DNA of 63,873 bases, the filler included, from Acidimicrobiia bacterium (GTDB lineage Bacteria > Actinomycetota > Acidimicrobiia > Spongiisociales > SHLN01), in NCBI GenBank assembly GCA_041619515.1. It is 3 parts of 3 records of this genome, joined end to end, with 100 filler letters (N's around TTAATTAATTAA, not from the genome) between each part and the next. Parts side by side here need not be neighbours in the genome. Positions count along the whole stretch, not along the records: positions 23,172 to 45,383 come from JBFKDW010000048.1; positions 45,484 to 63,873 come from JBFKDW010000062.1; 1 more part is not named here. One strand, given 5' to 3'. The translations under genes and the position numbers were made by a program. Below, one piece after another: positions 44,168 to 53,323 of this stretch. The notes beneath the pieces were generated by a model. The model was not told where the DNA came from. It saw only the letters and a list, made by a program, of their open reading frames with translations, and did not search any database. Every line of letters begins with the position of its first letter. Position 1 is the stretch's first letter.

Positions 44168-44472
44168 AGGAAGCACTGGGAACGTACGAGAAGTGGAAGG
44201 CCGACGGCAAGGGCGTGGCCGTTGCGACCGTTGTGCGCGTGCAGGGCTCGGCCCCCCGGCCCGAGGGAGCCAAGTTCCTCGTGTCTTCGGCCGGCGACAT
44301 GGAGGGATCGGTTTCCGGGGGTTGCGTCGAAAACGACGTGTTCCTCCACGCCCAACAGGTGCTGGAATCCGGAGAGCCTCGATTGGTCACCTATGGAATC
44401 GCCGACGAGGATGCCTTCGAGGTGGGCCTGGCCTGCGGCGGAACCATCCAGGTGCTGGTCGAGCGGTGGTAG
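44164..44472 (+). CDS. XdhC family protein, N-terminal (CoxI-like) module
   Basis: [22 protein letters not shown]. Confidence 0.88.
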   Translation: MKEALGTYEKWKADGKGVAVATVVRVQGSAPRPEGAKFLVSSAGDMEGSVSGGCVENDVFLHAQQVLESGEPRLVTYGIADEDAFEVGLACGGTIQVLVERW

Positions 44473-45245
44473 TCGAGGCGGTCGAACGGCTGGTTGCCGA
44501 GGAGCGGCTCGGCGCCGTTGCCACTGTGGTGGCAGGTCCCGCAATTGGCGCCAAAGCGGTCATCGATTTCGACGCCGGGTACGTCGCGGGCGAGTTGCCC
44601 TCCGAGGTGGCCGCCGATGTCCTCGCCGACGCCAAGGCGCTCATGGGACACGAGCAGAATCGCACGCTCACCTACGGGGCGACGGAGGTATTCATCGAAA
44701 CGGTTGCCCCTCCACCTCACCTGGTTGTGTTCGGCGCCGTCCACACTGCCCAATCACTGGCGACGATCGCCAAGCACCTGGGCTTTCACGTCACCGTCAG
44801 CGACGCCCGTCCCGTCTTCACGACCCCCGAGCGGTTCCCGGATGCCGATCGGGTGCTCGTCGGCTGGCCCGACGAGCTGAAGGATCAGATCAAACTGGAT
44901 AGGCGGACCTACGTCGTGCTGCTCAGTCACGACGCCCGCTTCGAGGATCCCGTGCTTCCCTGGGTGCTGGACAGCCCGGTCAAATACATCGGTGCCATGG
45001 GAAGCCGCCGCACCTCCGCCAAGCGGGTCGACAAGCTCAAGGCGATGGGGTACTCCGACGAGCACATCGGCCGCATCCATGGCCCGGTCGGTCTCGACAT
45101 CGGCGCCGAACAGCCCGGTGAAACGGCGATCTCGATCCTGGCCGAGATGATCCAGGTCCGCTACGGGGCGGGAACCGGTGAGTCGCTGGTGGGTACCACG
45201 ACCCGCATCCATCCCCAGCGGACCGAAGACGCCGGAGACGGCTGA
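44466..45245 (+). CDS. XdhC family protein, C-terminal module
   Basis: [36 protein letters not shown] start inferred. Confidence 0.86.
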   Translation: MVVEAVERLVAEERLGAVATVVAGPAIGAKAVIDFDAGYVAGELPSEVAADVLADAKALMGHEQNRTLTYGATEVFIETVAPPPHLVVFGAVHTAQSLATIAKHLGFHVTVSDARPVFTTPERFPDADRVLVGWPDELKDQIKLDRRTYVVLLSHDARFEDPVLPWVLDSPVKYIGAMGSRRTSAKRVDKLKAMGYSDEHIGRIHGPVGLDIGAEQPGETAISILAEMIQVRYGAGTGESLVGTTTRIHPQRTEDAGDG

Positions 45246-45251
45246 CCACAT

Positions 45252-45383
45252 CGATTGAAGGCGGCCTCTCTCCTCGCTGGAGGGAAGTGATCGTCGCCGG
45301 GCAGAGCCGTCCGGGCTTGCCACCCTGTCCGGGAACGGCTGTTGGGTGGGTGCTCCTATCCTCCTGCTCATGTCCCTGATCAC
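45252..45383 (+). mobile_element. Probable IS110-family left end, truncated by contig end
   Basis: GCTGGAGGGAAGTGATCGTCGCC..GGCAGAGC.GTCCGGG...GCTC.TGTCCCTGATCAC pattern recalled from actinobacterial IS110 ends; nested stems; contig breaks here. Confidence 0.5.
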
Positions 45384-45483
45384 NNNNNNNNNNNNNNNNN
45401 NNNNNNNNNNNNNNNNNNNNNNNNNNNTTAATTAATTAANNNNNNNNNNNNNNNNNNNNNNNNNNNNNNNNNNNNNNNNNNNN
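45384..45483. other. Assembly gap or contig linker
   Basis: 100-nt N block with central TTAATTAATTAA. Confidence 0.98.
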
Positions 45484-45539
45484 ACCGCCAAGTCGGCTCT
45501 CGCCTGGCAGGTGTTCGGCGGCACACTGGCCGGCTGAGT

Positions 45540-45745
45540 GCCCGGGAGTTGCCAAGCGTTCCCAGGATCCCGAAGGGTTCCCATTCCCCCGAGCTGCAAA
45601 GCAACAGGTGTGTTCCCCCGAGTTGCGAAGCAACTCGCCAGGAACGCGGAGCGTTCCCAGGATCCCGAAGGGTTCCCGTTCCCCCGAGGTGCGAAGCAAC
45701 TCGCCAGGAACCCGAAGGGTTCCCAGGATCCCGAAGGGTTCCCAG
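45540..45745. repeat. Compound short repeats (family B-related)
   Basis: GTTCCCAGGATCCCGAAGGGTTCCC three times; GAGTTGCGAAGCAACTC hairpin variants. Confidence 0.8.
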
Positions 45746-46234
45746 CTACCAGCCCCGCGTGCCCGGCCCGCCCTTGAAGGGCCCGACCACGTCGGGGGTG
45801 ATCCACCCGCCGTAGAAGTCGCCGGGCTGTGACACGACCCGCTCACCGCCGACGTAGCAGGCGTCGACCCTGTTGGGATAGAAGGCCACCATTGCGGTGA
45901 TTCCTTCGTATCCGGAAGACGGCTCGAGATAGGTCCAGGCCGCATCGGCGGACACCTCGTCGCCTACCCTCAGGGTGTAGTAGGAAGCCAGGCCTTTGAA
46001 TTCACAGAACGTGCGAGTGGGGCTCGGCTCGAGCATCCCGGGCTCGACGTCGTCGAGGGGCAGGTAGTAGACGGGCGGGTGGCTGGTTTCGAGCACTCGC
46101 ATCGCACGGTGTGATCGGGCCACCTCCACACCGGCAAACTCCACTCTGATGTCGTGTCGGGACGGCTCGACCGCCGGCGGTCGGGGGTAATCCCAGACCG
46201 ATTCTCGACCCGGGCCGGGCTCCATTCGTTGCAT
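45746..46234 (-). CDS. DUF427 domain protein
   Basis: ESVWDYPRPP, VLETSHPPVYY, CEFKG.A, PGDFYGGWIT. Confidence 0.9.
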   Translation of the reverse strand: MQRMEPGPGRESVWDYPRPPAVEPSRHDIRVEFAGVEVARSHRAMRVLETSHPPVYYLPLDDVEPGMLEPSPTRTFCEFKGLASYYTLRVGDEVSADAAWTYLEPSSGYEGITAMVAFYPNRVDACYVGGERVVSQPGDFYGGWITPDVVGPFKGGPGTRGW

Positions 46235-46308
46235 GTGGGGAGGCTAGGAACCGGGCTGTCTCTATTCCCCCACCGCTCCCGGCGGGCAGGGCGCACCGCA
46301 GCTCCGGC

Positions 46309-47025
46309 CTAGCGCAGATGGGCTCCGCCGTTGAGCCGCTGAATCTCGCCGGTGAGGAAATCGTTTCTGATGAAGTGGAGAACCGCCTCGGCGACGACCT
46401 CGACCCCGCCGACCTTCTCGAGCGGTGTATCGGCCGCGAGGCGCTCGGCATGGCCTTCGTCGGCATCGGCGGGCGGGAGGATGACGCCGAGCGCAACAGC
46501 ATTCACCCGGATGCGGGGCGCCAACTCGCTGGCCGCCACTCTCGTGAACGTGTCGAGGGCCCCCTTGGCGATCGTGTAGCTGAACCGCGGCCCGCGGTAG
46601 GGTCGCTCGGTCTTCCAATCCGTGACGTTGATGACGACCCCGTTGCGGTCATCGGGCAACGCCCGCGCAAAGGCCTGGGTCAGGAACACCGGCGCCGTCA
46701 GGTTGAGGTCGAGGGTGTGGTTCCATTGCTCGAGCGAAACGTCCACCAGGCGGTCGCTGGGAAAGCCCGCTGCGCTGTTGATGAGGATGTCGACCGGATC
46801 GGCCAGGAGCTCGGCTATCGAGTCCGGGTCGCTCAGGTCGGCCTGGCGAACCGCAACATCGGCGCCCAGCGCGCCGACTTCGGCAGCGGTTTCCTCAGCG
46901 GCCTCAGCCGACCGGTTGTAGTGCAGCACGAGATCGGCGCCCGCACGGGCGAGGGCGAGCGTGATGCCCTTGCCCACCCGATGGGCGCCGCCCGTCACGA
47001 GGGCCCTGCTGCCGGAGATGTCCAC
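46309..47025 (-). CDS. SDR oxidoreductase (pteridine reductase-like)
   Basis: TGGAHRVG, HYNRS, YTIAK. Confidence 0.87.
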   Translation of the reverse strand: MDISGSRALVTGGAHRVGKGITLALARAGADLVLHYNRSAEAAEETAAEVGALGADVAVRQADLSDPDSIAELLADPVDILINSAAGFPSDRLVDVSLEQWNHTLDLNLTAPVFLTQAFARALPDDRNGVVINVTDWKTERPYRGPRFSYTIAKGALDTFTRVAASELAPRIRVNAVALGVILPPADADEGHAERLAADTPLEKVGGVEVVAEAVLHFIRNDFLTGEIQRLNGGAHLR

Positions 47026-47063
47026 GAGCAGCAGGGTAACCGCCCGGAAAATGAGAAGTTGAC

Positions 47064-47696
47064 TTGGGCGGAGCGACTACCCTCCAGCCCGTGCAGCCGA
47101 ACCCCGACCCGAAGCCCGGCCGCTGGATCTTGCCTGTTGTCATACTGGCCATGATGGGATTCGCGTGGCTCTTCATCAACGCCGCTGAGGACCCGGTGGT
47201 GGGTGCCACGCCGACGACCGTCGGTGGCTCCGTCGGCGCGACCACCACCACCCTGGCAGAGCCAACCGATACCACAACCACCACCACCCTCCCCGCCGAC
47301 ATCGTCCAGTACAACGTCGACATCACCGGCAAGGGAATCGAGATTGCCGGCATTCAGGAACGCCTGGCCAAAGCCAATGCCGATTGGAACGCCCGCACGG
47401 TGGGGTATGCCGACACGCTGGCATCGTTCCGGGAGCTGGACACGGAGGTGAAGGCCTGGCGCTCCAGCATCGACGCCCTCACCATCCCCACCTCACTCCC
47501 CGAGTATGCCGACTTCCACTCGATCATGGCAGCAGCGGCTACCGAGGTGTCGAAGAGTGCCGGCGACGTGGTTACCGGGTTGCAGGCGCCCGACAGCGGC
47601 GAAGCCCGCACAGCGGCGGTGGCGGCTTTCAACGAGGCGATTACCGCCTTCGGCAACCAGGTCAACACGATCGCCGCCTACCGGCCGCCCGCCTAG
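47064..47696 (+). CDS. Membrane-anchored protein with Thr-rich linker
   Basis: Single TM, poly-Thr tract, helical C-terminus; start uncertain. Confidence 0.65.
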   Translation: MGGATTLQPVQPNPDPKPGRWILPVVILAMMGFAWLFINAAEDPVVGATPTTVGGSVGATTTTLAEPTDTTTTTTLPADIVQYNVDITGKGIEIAGIQERLAKANADWNARTVGYADTLASFRELDTEVKAWRSSIDALTIPTSLPEYADFHSIMAAAATEVSKSAGDVVTGLQAPDSGEARTAAVAAFNEAITAFGNQVNTIAAYRPPA

Positions 47697-47708
47697 CCCC
47701 GCACGGTT

Positions 47709-47746
47709 GTAACAGAGCGTTCACACGAAAGAAACGCCTCCGCAAC
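47709..47746 (+). promoter_or_regulatory. GlnR box
   Basis: GTAAC-n6-TTCAC-n6-GAAAC-n6-GCAAC, 11-bp periodicity, upstream of glnII. Confidence 0.8.
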
Positions 47747-47792
47747 CCGATGCTGCAATAGTGCTGCGGATAACCAAGTCAGAGGAGATCAC

Positions 47793-48794
47793 GTGCCCTA
47801 TCGCGCTGAATACATCTGGATCGACGGGTCGGAGCCGACCCAGTTGCTCCGCTCGAAGACCAAGGTCCTGCCCGACGGCGCCGAGCTGCCGATCTGGGGT
47901 TTCGACGGGTCGAGCACCAATCAAGCGCCCGGAAGCGAATCAGATTGCGTCCTGCGCCCGGTGCGGTCGATCCCCGACCCGATCCGCGGAGGCGACAATG
48001 TGCTCGTGCTGTGCGAAGTGCTCAACACGGACATGACGCCCCATCCGTCCAACAAGCGCGCAGCTCTGGTCGAGGTGGCCGAACGCTACGCCAGCCACGA
48101 CCCGTGGTTCGGAATCGAGCAGGAATACACCTTCTTCAAGGACGGCCGACCGCTCGGCTGGCCGCAGGGCGGGTTCCCGGCACCGCAGGGGGGCTACTAC
48201 TGCGGGATCGGCGACGATGAGGTCTTCGGGCGCGAGGTGGTGGAAGCACATACCAACGCCTGCATCGAGTCCGGTTTGGAGATCTCCGGCACCAACGCAG
48301 AGGTGATGATGGGCCAGTGGGAGTTCCAGATCGGGCCCCGGGGCCCGGTCGACTGCGCGGACGAGGTGTGGCTGGCGCGCTGGTTGCTCTACCGGATCGG
48401 CGAGGATCATGGGATCTCGGCAACCCTCAATCCCAAGCCGATCCAGGGCGACTGGAACGGCGCCGGCGCGCACACCAACTTCTCCACCAAGGAGATGCGG
48501 GAGGGCTACGACCCGGTGATCGCCGCCGCAGAAGCGCTCGGCAAGGCCCACGACGAGCATATTGAGAACTACGGGGCTGGAATCGAGCAGCGGCTCACCG
48601 GCCTCCACGAAACCGCCCCCTGGACCGAGTTCTCCTACGGCGTGTCCGACCGGGGCGCCTCGGTGCGGATCCCGTGGCAGGTCAAGGTCGAGGGCAAGGG
48701 GTACATCGAGGATCGGCGTCCGAACGCAAACATGGACCCGTACGTCGTGACCCGCCTCATCACCGAGACCGTCTGCAAGGACGCCGAGGGCTAG
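47793..48794 (+). CDS. glnII: Glutamine synthetase type II
   Basis: AEYIWIDG, WGFDGSST, NAEVMMGQWEFQIGP, GDWNGAG.HTNFST, EDRRP.AN.DPY. Confidence 0.96.
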   Translation: MPYRAEYIWIDGSEPTQLLRSKTKVLPDGAELPIWGFDGSSTNQAPGSESDCVLRPVRSIPDPIRGGDNVLVLCEVLNTDMTPHPSNKRAALVEVAERYASHDPWFGIEQEYTFFKDGRPLGWPQGGFPAPQGGYYCGIGDDEVFGREVVEAHTNACIESGLEISGTNAEVMMGQWEFQIGPRGPVDCADEVWLARWLLYRIGEDHGISATLNPKPIQGDWNGAGAHTNFSTKEMREGYDPVIAAAEALGKAHDEHIENYGAGIEQRLTGLHETAPWTEFSYGVSDRGASVRIPWQVKVEGKGYIEDRRPNANMDPYVVTRLITETVCKDAEG

Positions 48795-48885
48795 GCGCTG
48801 CTTCTCGGCAGCTGGTACATACCCGTTGCGAGGGGGCGGAATAGTTCCGCTCCCTCGCCTTTTTGGGAAGGTTGGCCTACATTCA

Positions 48886-50214
48886 ATGTCGATGGACAAG
48901 CAAGCCGAATACGTGCTCAGCACAGTTGAAGAGCGGGGGATCAGGTTCGTCCGGCTCTGGTTCACCGACGTCCTCGGGTTTCTGAAATCGGTGGCCATCA
49001 CGCCTGCCGAGCTGGAGGGAGTGATGGAGGATGGGATGAGCTTCGACGGCTCCTCCATAGACGGCTTCTCGCGCATTCAGGAAGCGGACATGATCGCCAA
49101 GCCCGACCCGACGACGTTCCAGTTGCTGCCGTGGCGGCCCGACGAGGGTGGGGTGGCCCGGATATTCTGCGACATCGTGACGCCGGCCGGTGACCCGTTC
49201 GAAGGCGACCCGCGCTGGGCGCTCAAGCGCAACTTGCGGCGGCTCTCCGAGCGCGGCTTCACCCTCGACGTGGCTCCGGAGCTCGAGTTCTACTATTTCA
49301 CCGATGCGAGCCCCGAACGCAAGGTTCTCGATCGAGGCGGATACTTCGATCTCACCCCACTCGACGTGGCCCAGGAATACCGGCGGCGCTCGATCGTCGT
49401 CCTCGAGCAGCTCGGCATTCCGGTTGAGTCCTCCCACCACGAGCAATCGCCCGGACAGCACGAGATCGACCTGCGGGGCGCCGATGCTCTCAGCATGGCC
49501 GACCAGCTGCTCACCGCCCGCCTGGCGATCAAGGAAGTGGCGATGGAGAGCGGCATGTACGCCACCTTCATGCCCAAGCCGCTGGAGGAGGCAGCAGGCA
49601 GCGCCCTGCACCTGCACCTGACACTGTTCGAAGGCGATGTCAACGCTTTTCACGAGCCAACGGACGGCATCTCGAAGGTGGGCGAAGCGTTCATCGCCGG
49701 CCTGCTCACCCATGCCAGGGAGATGACTGCGATCACCAACCAGTGGGTGAACTCCTACAAGCGGCTCCACGGTGGCTTCGAGGCCCCCACCTTCGTCACC
49801 TGGGCCCACAACAACGAATCCGCGCTCATCCGGGTCCCGACCCTGCAGCCGGGCAAACCGGAGCGGACCCGCATCGAGTACCGCTCCCCCGATCCCGCCT
49901 GCAATCCCTACCTGGCATTCTCGGCCATCGTCGCAGCCGGCCTGGCCGGAATCGAGCGAGGGTACGAGCTGGCGCCGGAGGTGATGGAGAACGTCTCGGT
50001 CACCGATGGCGATGCCGGGCAGCTGTCCGGGATCGACCGGCTCCCTCTGGGGCTGGACGAGGCACTCGACGAGCTGGAAGGGTCCGACCTGATGAAGGAT
50101 GCGCTCGGCGAGCATATCGTCGAGTGGTTCCTCAAGAACAAGCGACACGAGTGGCGGCGGTACCGGCGGCATGTCTCGCTGTTCGAGATCGAGGAGAACC
50201 TGCCGATCCTGTGA
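48886..50214 (+). CDS. glnA: Glutamine synthetase type I family (GlnA2-like)
   Basis: FVRLWFTDVLG.LK, FDGSSI, HHE.SPGQHEI, TFMPKP, RIEYRSPD.ACNPYL. Confidence 0.92.
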   Translation: MSMDKQAEYVLSTVEERGIRFVRLWFTDVLGFLKSVAITPAELEGVMEDGMSFDGSSIDGFSRIQEADMIAKPDPTTFQLLPWRPDEGGVARIFCDIVTPAGDPFEGDPRWALKRNLRRLSERGFTLDVAPELEFYYFTDASPERKVLDRGGYFDLTPLDVAQEYRRRSIVVLEQLGIPVESSHHEQSPGQHEIDLRGADALSMADQLLTARLAIKEVAMESGMYATFMPKPLEEAAGSALHLHLTLFEGDVNAFHEPTDGISKVGEAFIAGLLTHAREMTAITNQWVNSYKRLHGGFEAPTFVTWAHNNESALIRVPTLQPGKPERTRIEYRSPDPACNPYLAFSAIVAAGLAGIERGYELAPEVMENVSVTDGDAGQLSGIDRLPLGLDEALDELEGSDLMKDALGEHIVEWFLKNKRHEWRRYRRHVSLFEIEENLPIL

Positions 50215-50846
50215 TCATGCTCGCTGTCATCGCGGCTCGCCCCGAGCTCTCCGAGGCCCTGGCCGGCATCGGGGTCAGCTGCGTGACGGTGGCCGACGCC
50301 ACCGAGGTGGTCGACCGTCAGCCGGAAGCAGGATGGGATGCGCTGGTCGTCGACCTGGGCGCCGACCCCGGCCGCGCCGTCGCCCTCTGCAGGAGGATCA
50401 AGGAGGCGCTCGGGCTGCCGATCGTCGCGCTCGCCGACCGGGCCACCGACGTCGCCAACGTGTCCGAAATCGATGACTTTTTGCTTGCCCCGGTCGACCA
50501 GGACGAGCTGCGGATTCGCCTCCGCCGGCTCACCTCGCCAACCAGGACCGAGGACGAGACCATTCGCTTCAAGGATCTCGAGCTGAACCTGGCGACGTAT
50601 CAAGCCACCGTCGACGAGGTACCGGTCGACCTCACGTTCATGGAGTACGAGCTGCTCAAGTTCTTCGCGACCCACCCGACCAGGGCCTGGAGCCGTTCTC
50701 AGATACTGTCCCAGGTGTGGGGCTACGAGTACTTCGGCGGCTCGCGCACCGTCGACGTCCACGTCCGGAGGCTGCGTGCAAAGCTTGGAGAAGAGCGCGC
50801 TTCCTGGATCGCCACGGTGCGATCAGTCGGGTACCGCTTCGGCTAG
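50211..50846 (+). CDS. glnR: GlnR-like orphan OmpR-family regulator
   Basis: DLTFMEYELLKF..THP, VWGYEYFGGSRTVDVHVRRLRAKLGEE; degenerate receiver domain; start 50211 or 50217. Confidence 0.8.
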   Translation: MIMLAVIAARPELSEALAGIGVSCVTVADATEVVDRQPEAGWDALVVDLGADPGRAVALCRRIKEALGLPIVALADRATDVANVSEIDDFLLAPVDQDELRIRLRRLTSPTRTEDETIRFKDLELNLATYQATVDEVPVDLTFMEYELLKFFATHPTRAWSRSQILSQVWGYEYFGGSRTVDVHVRRLRAKLGEERASWIATVRSVGYRFG

Positions 50847-50870
50847 CCGAACCAGGCGACGAGCAGGGCC

Positions 50871-51734
50871 TCAGGAATCGAGCGCATCCAGCAGCTCGTC
50901 TTCGCCCATCACGCCCTCAAAGCGCGCCGTCACCACCCCGGATCCGTCGATGACGAATGCCCACGGCTCGGTGGGTAGGTTCCAGTAATCGGGTCCCGCC
51001 GCCGGCGCAAGGTGGGCGGCGTCGGGCGCGAAGTCCGGTTCGGTGAGCCCGGTATACACCTCCACGTGGATGAAATCGACCTCGGGAAATGACGGTGAGA
51101 TGCCCTTGACCGTTTCCAGAAGGGGCCCGCACGCAGATGTTTGGCAGTACGCCGGGGTGGAAAACACCAGCACCGTCCTGCGCCCGTTGGCCAGCGCCTC
51201 GTCCAGCGACAGGTCGTAGAAGGCCGGGTCGGGTGACGGGTCGGTGGTGAGCTCTTCGAGGGTGAACTCGCCAAGGGTGGGGGTGGGTACCGAGACCGCC
51301 GGCCGGCCGACCGCCGGAGCGAGCGACTCCTCGTACACGATGAGCGTTGCCGGCGCGGGGTCCGTGCCTGCGGCGGCCCGGACGGAGACTTCCCAGGTTC
51401 CGGCACGTTCGAAGTCGAACTCAGCCCGGTAGAGGCCGGCGGCATCCTCGACGATCCAGGTGAAGACTCCGGGTCTCGTTTGAGCCCGGTCCGGGTCGTC
51501 GAGCGGCGTGGCCGTCAACTCGACGGCCACCTCTGGTGACCCGTAGCGTTTGCCGTCGGCGTCGGAAACTGCGATCAACACCCGGGAGGCGCCCCGAGCA
51601 ATATCCCGGTTGGCGATGAGGGCGAAGCTGTCCTCCGGAAACCCCGCAGCCGGGCCGGATCCGCAGGCTGCGAGCAGGAGGGAGCCGACGAAGCCGGCAA
51701 GGACGATGAGGGTGGCGGGGCGCACGTCAGGCAT
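50871..51734 (-). CDS. Lipoprotein with thioredoxin-like C-terminal domain
   Basis: Lipobox LAAC; FSTPAYCQTSACGP, FIHVEVY, LPTEPW. Confidence 0.75.
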   Translation of the reverse strand: MPDVRPATLIVLAGFVGSLLLAACGSGPAAGFPEDSFALIANRDIARGASRVLIAVSDADGKRYGSPEVAVELTATPLDDPDRAQTRPGVFTWIVEDAAGLYRAEFDFERAGTWEVSVRAAAGTDPAPATLIVYEESLAPAVGRPAVSVPTPTLGEFTLEELTTDPSPDPAFYDLSLDEALANGRRTVLVFSTPAYCQTSACGPLLETVKGISPSFPEVDFIHVEVYTGLTEPDFAPDAAHLAPAAGPDYWNLPTEPWAFVIDGSGVVTARFEGVMGEDELLDALDS

Positions 51735-52056
51735 CTTCCACCAGCACCGCCGAGAGTGTCCCGTCGGCGAGAACCACGTAACCCACTCTCACCGGCGCGC
51801 CGCTGGCCAGGTGGTCTTGCAGGTGGCTGATCGGGGCAGAGCCGTCGAAGAGCACCCCTTCGGCCGGTACCAATACGAGGTCCCGACCGTCGGGCAGCCG
51901 CAGAGTGAACGAGGCAACCGCGGCCAAGGTCCCGTCGACGGCAATCACCGTTCCTTCCACCACGGTGTCCTCTTCGCGGGTCAGATCAGCCGACCCGCCG
52001 CGGCAGGCAGGCAGCATCAGGACGAGCGCCGCCATGGCAACAAGCCGCACTGACAT
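51727..52056 (-). CDS. Small putative lipoprotein (OB-fold-like)
   Basis: Signal peptide with PAC; overlaps downstream gene start. Confidence 0.65.
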   Translation of the reverse strand: MSVRLVAMAALVLMLPACRGGSADLTREEDTVVEGTVIAVDGTLAAVASFTLRLPDGRDLVLVPAEGVLFDGSAPISHLQDHLASGAPVRVGYVVLADGTLSAVLVEDA

Positions 52057-52203
52057 CGTGGTAGAAGGCTCCTCGGTCGGAGAGAGGGCGCAGCATATCG
52101 CCCTTCCGGAGACAGTCGGAGGGCAGGCGGGCCCCGGCGGAAAGGGCTAAACCTCGCCCGCCGACATGCCGATAAAGCGGTTCCAAGAAGGCAGAGGAGA
52201 CTC

Positions 52204-52461
52204 ATGGTCATCAAGACACTGATTGTCGACACCATGCCACTTGTCGACACCATGCCACGCCGCCCGGCCGAGGACACCGTCACTCAGGAGGGCGGCGTTC
52301 TTCGTGCCCGCACCAGCGCACCGGTCACGCCGCCGGACTGGAACGCCTTCCAGGAGCTCGACGCCGAGGGACGGGTCCACCTCCGGGTACGGGGGCACCT
52401 CCAATCCGAGGACGACGCCGAACTCATTCCCGACGGGATGGAAGGCAGCTACTACCTGTAG
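52204..52461 (+). CDS. Hypothetical small protein
   Basis: GAGGAG RBS before ATG; fills an intergenic gap. Confidence 0.5.
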   Translation: MVIKTLIVDTMPLVDTMPRRPAEDTVTQEGGVLRARTSAPVTPPDWNAFQELDAEGRVHLRVRGHLQSEDDAELIPDGMEGSYYL

Positions 52462-52482
52462 GCCGGGCGTGACGCCGCGGGC

Positions 52483-52857
52483 TCAGCGAGCGGCAATGGT
52501 CTCGATCTCAACCGAGACGCCCTTGGGCAGTGCCGCCACCTCGACCGCCGACCGGGCAGGCGGCTCGTCGTCGAAGAACGAACCGTACACGTCGTTGACG
52601 GCGCCGAAGTCAGACATGTCGGCCAGGAAGATCGTCGCCTTCACCAGGTCCGGATAGCCGAGGCCGACATCGGAGAGGAGGCCCCCGATCTGTTCCATGA
52701 TGCGATGCGCCTGCTCGGCCGTCGAGCCGGCCGGCTTGCCGTCGTCATCAAGCGCTATCTGACCGGAGAAGAAGACGAGTCCGTTCGCCTCAACCGCCAC
52801 CGAGTAGGGCCCGAGCGCGGCGGGGGCGGACGGAGTGGAGAGAATCTGTTTGCCCAT
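52483..52857 (-). CDS. ridA: RidA/YjgF family imine deaminase
   Basis: APAALGPYS, SGQI, PARSAVEVAALPKG..VEIE. Confidence 0.92.
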   Translation of the reverse strand: MGKQILSTPSAPAALGPYSVAVEANGLVFFSGQIALDDDGKPAGSTAEQAHRIMEQIGGLLSDVGLGYPDLVKATIFLADMSDFGAVNDVYGSFFDDEPPARSAVEVAALPKGVSVEIETIAAR

Positions 52858-52904
52858 GAGAGCGAGAATACCGGTTCGGCGACCGGGGCGGGGCGGCCTC
52901 TCCG

Positions 52905-53225
52905 CTAGGAGAAGCTGCTGCCGCAGCCGCAGGTGCGGCTGACGTTCGGGTTGTTTATGGCGAACCCGGCACCTTGGAGGCCGTCGCGATAATCGACTTC
53001 CGCCCCCTCGAGGTGGGGGGCACTGTCGGAGTCCACGACCACCTTCACACCGTCGAATTCGGCAACCTGGTCCTCGGCACCGAGGTCGCCGTCGAAGAAC
53101 ATCTCATACGAGAAGCCCGAGCAACCACCGGGGCGGACGGCGACACGCAATGCCAGGGAGGTGTCACCCTCCTGCTCGAGCAGCGATTTCACCTTGGCGG
53201 CGGCGGGCGGGGTCAGCGTCAGCAT
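52905..53225 (-). CDS. HesB/IscA/ErpA A-type Fe-S carrier
   Basis: GGCSGFSY, F.INNPN..RTCGCGSSF. Confidence 0.94.
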   Translation of the reverse strand: MLTLTPPAAAKVKSLLEQEGDTSLALRVAVRPGGCSGFSYEMFFDGDLGAEDQVAEFDGVKVVVDSDSAPHLEGAEVDYRDGLQGAGFAINNPNVSRTCGCGSSFS

Positions 53226-53323
53226 GTACGAGGTCTCCTGTCCGGTAGAGACGTCATTATACGGCAGTATTGGCCACAGCTGTATAGATAGTTGCCCAGT
53301 CGCGGATACTCTTGGCCATCGCA

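Noticed and set aside
44164..45245. Frameshifted xdhC pseudogene
   Set aside because: Both halves have plausible starts and overlap like coupled genes; split XdhC is common
45540..45745. CRISPR array
   Set aside because: Irregular compound repeats with no unique spacers
52223..52258. 18-bp tandem duplication TTGTCGACACCATGCCAC
   Set aside because: Simple in-frame slippage duplication; no evidence of function
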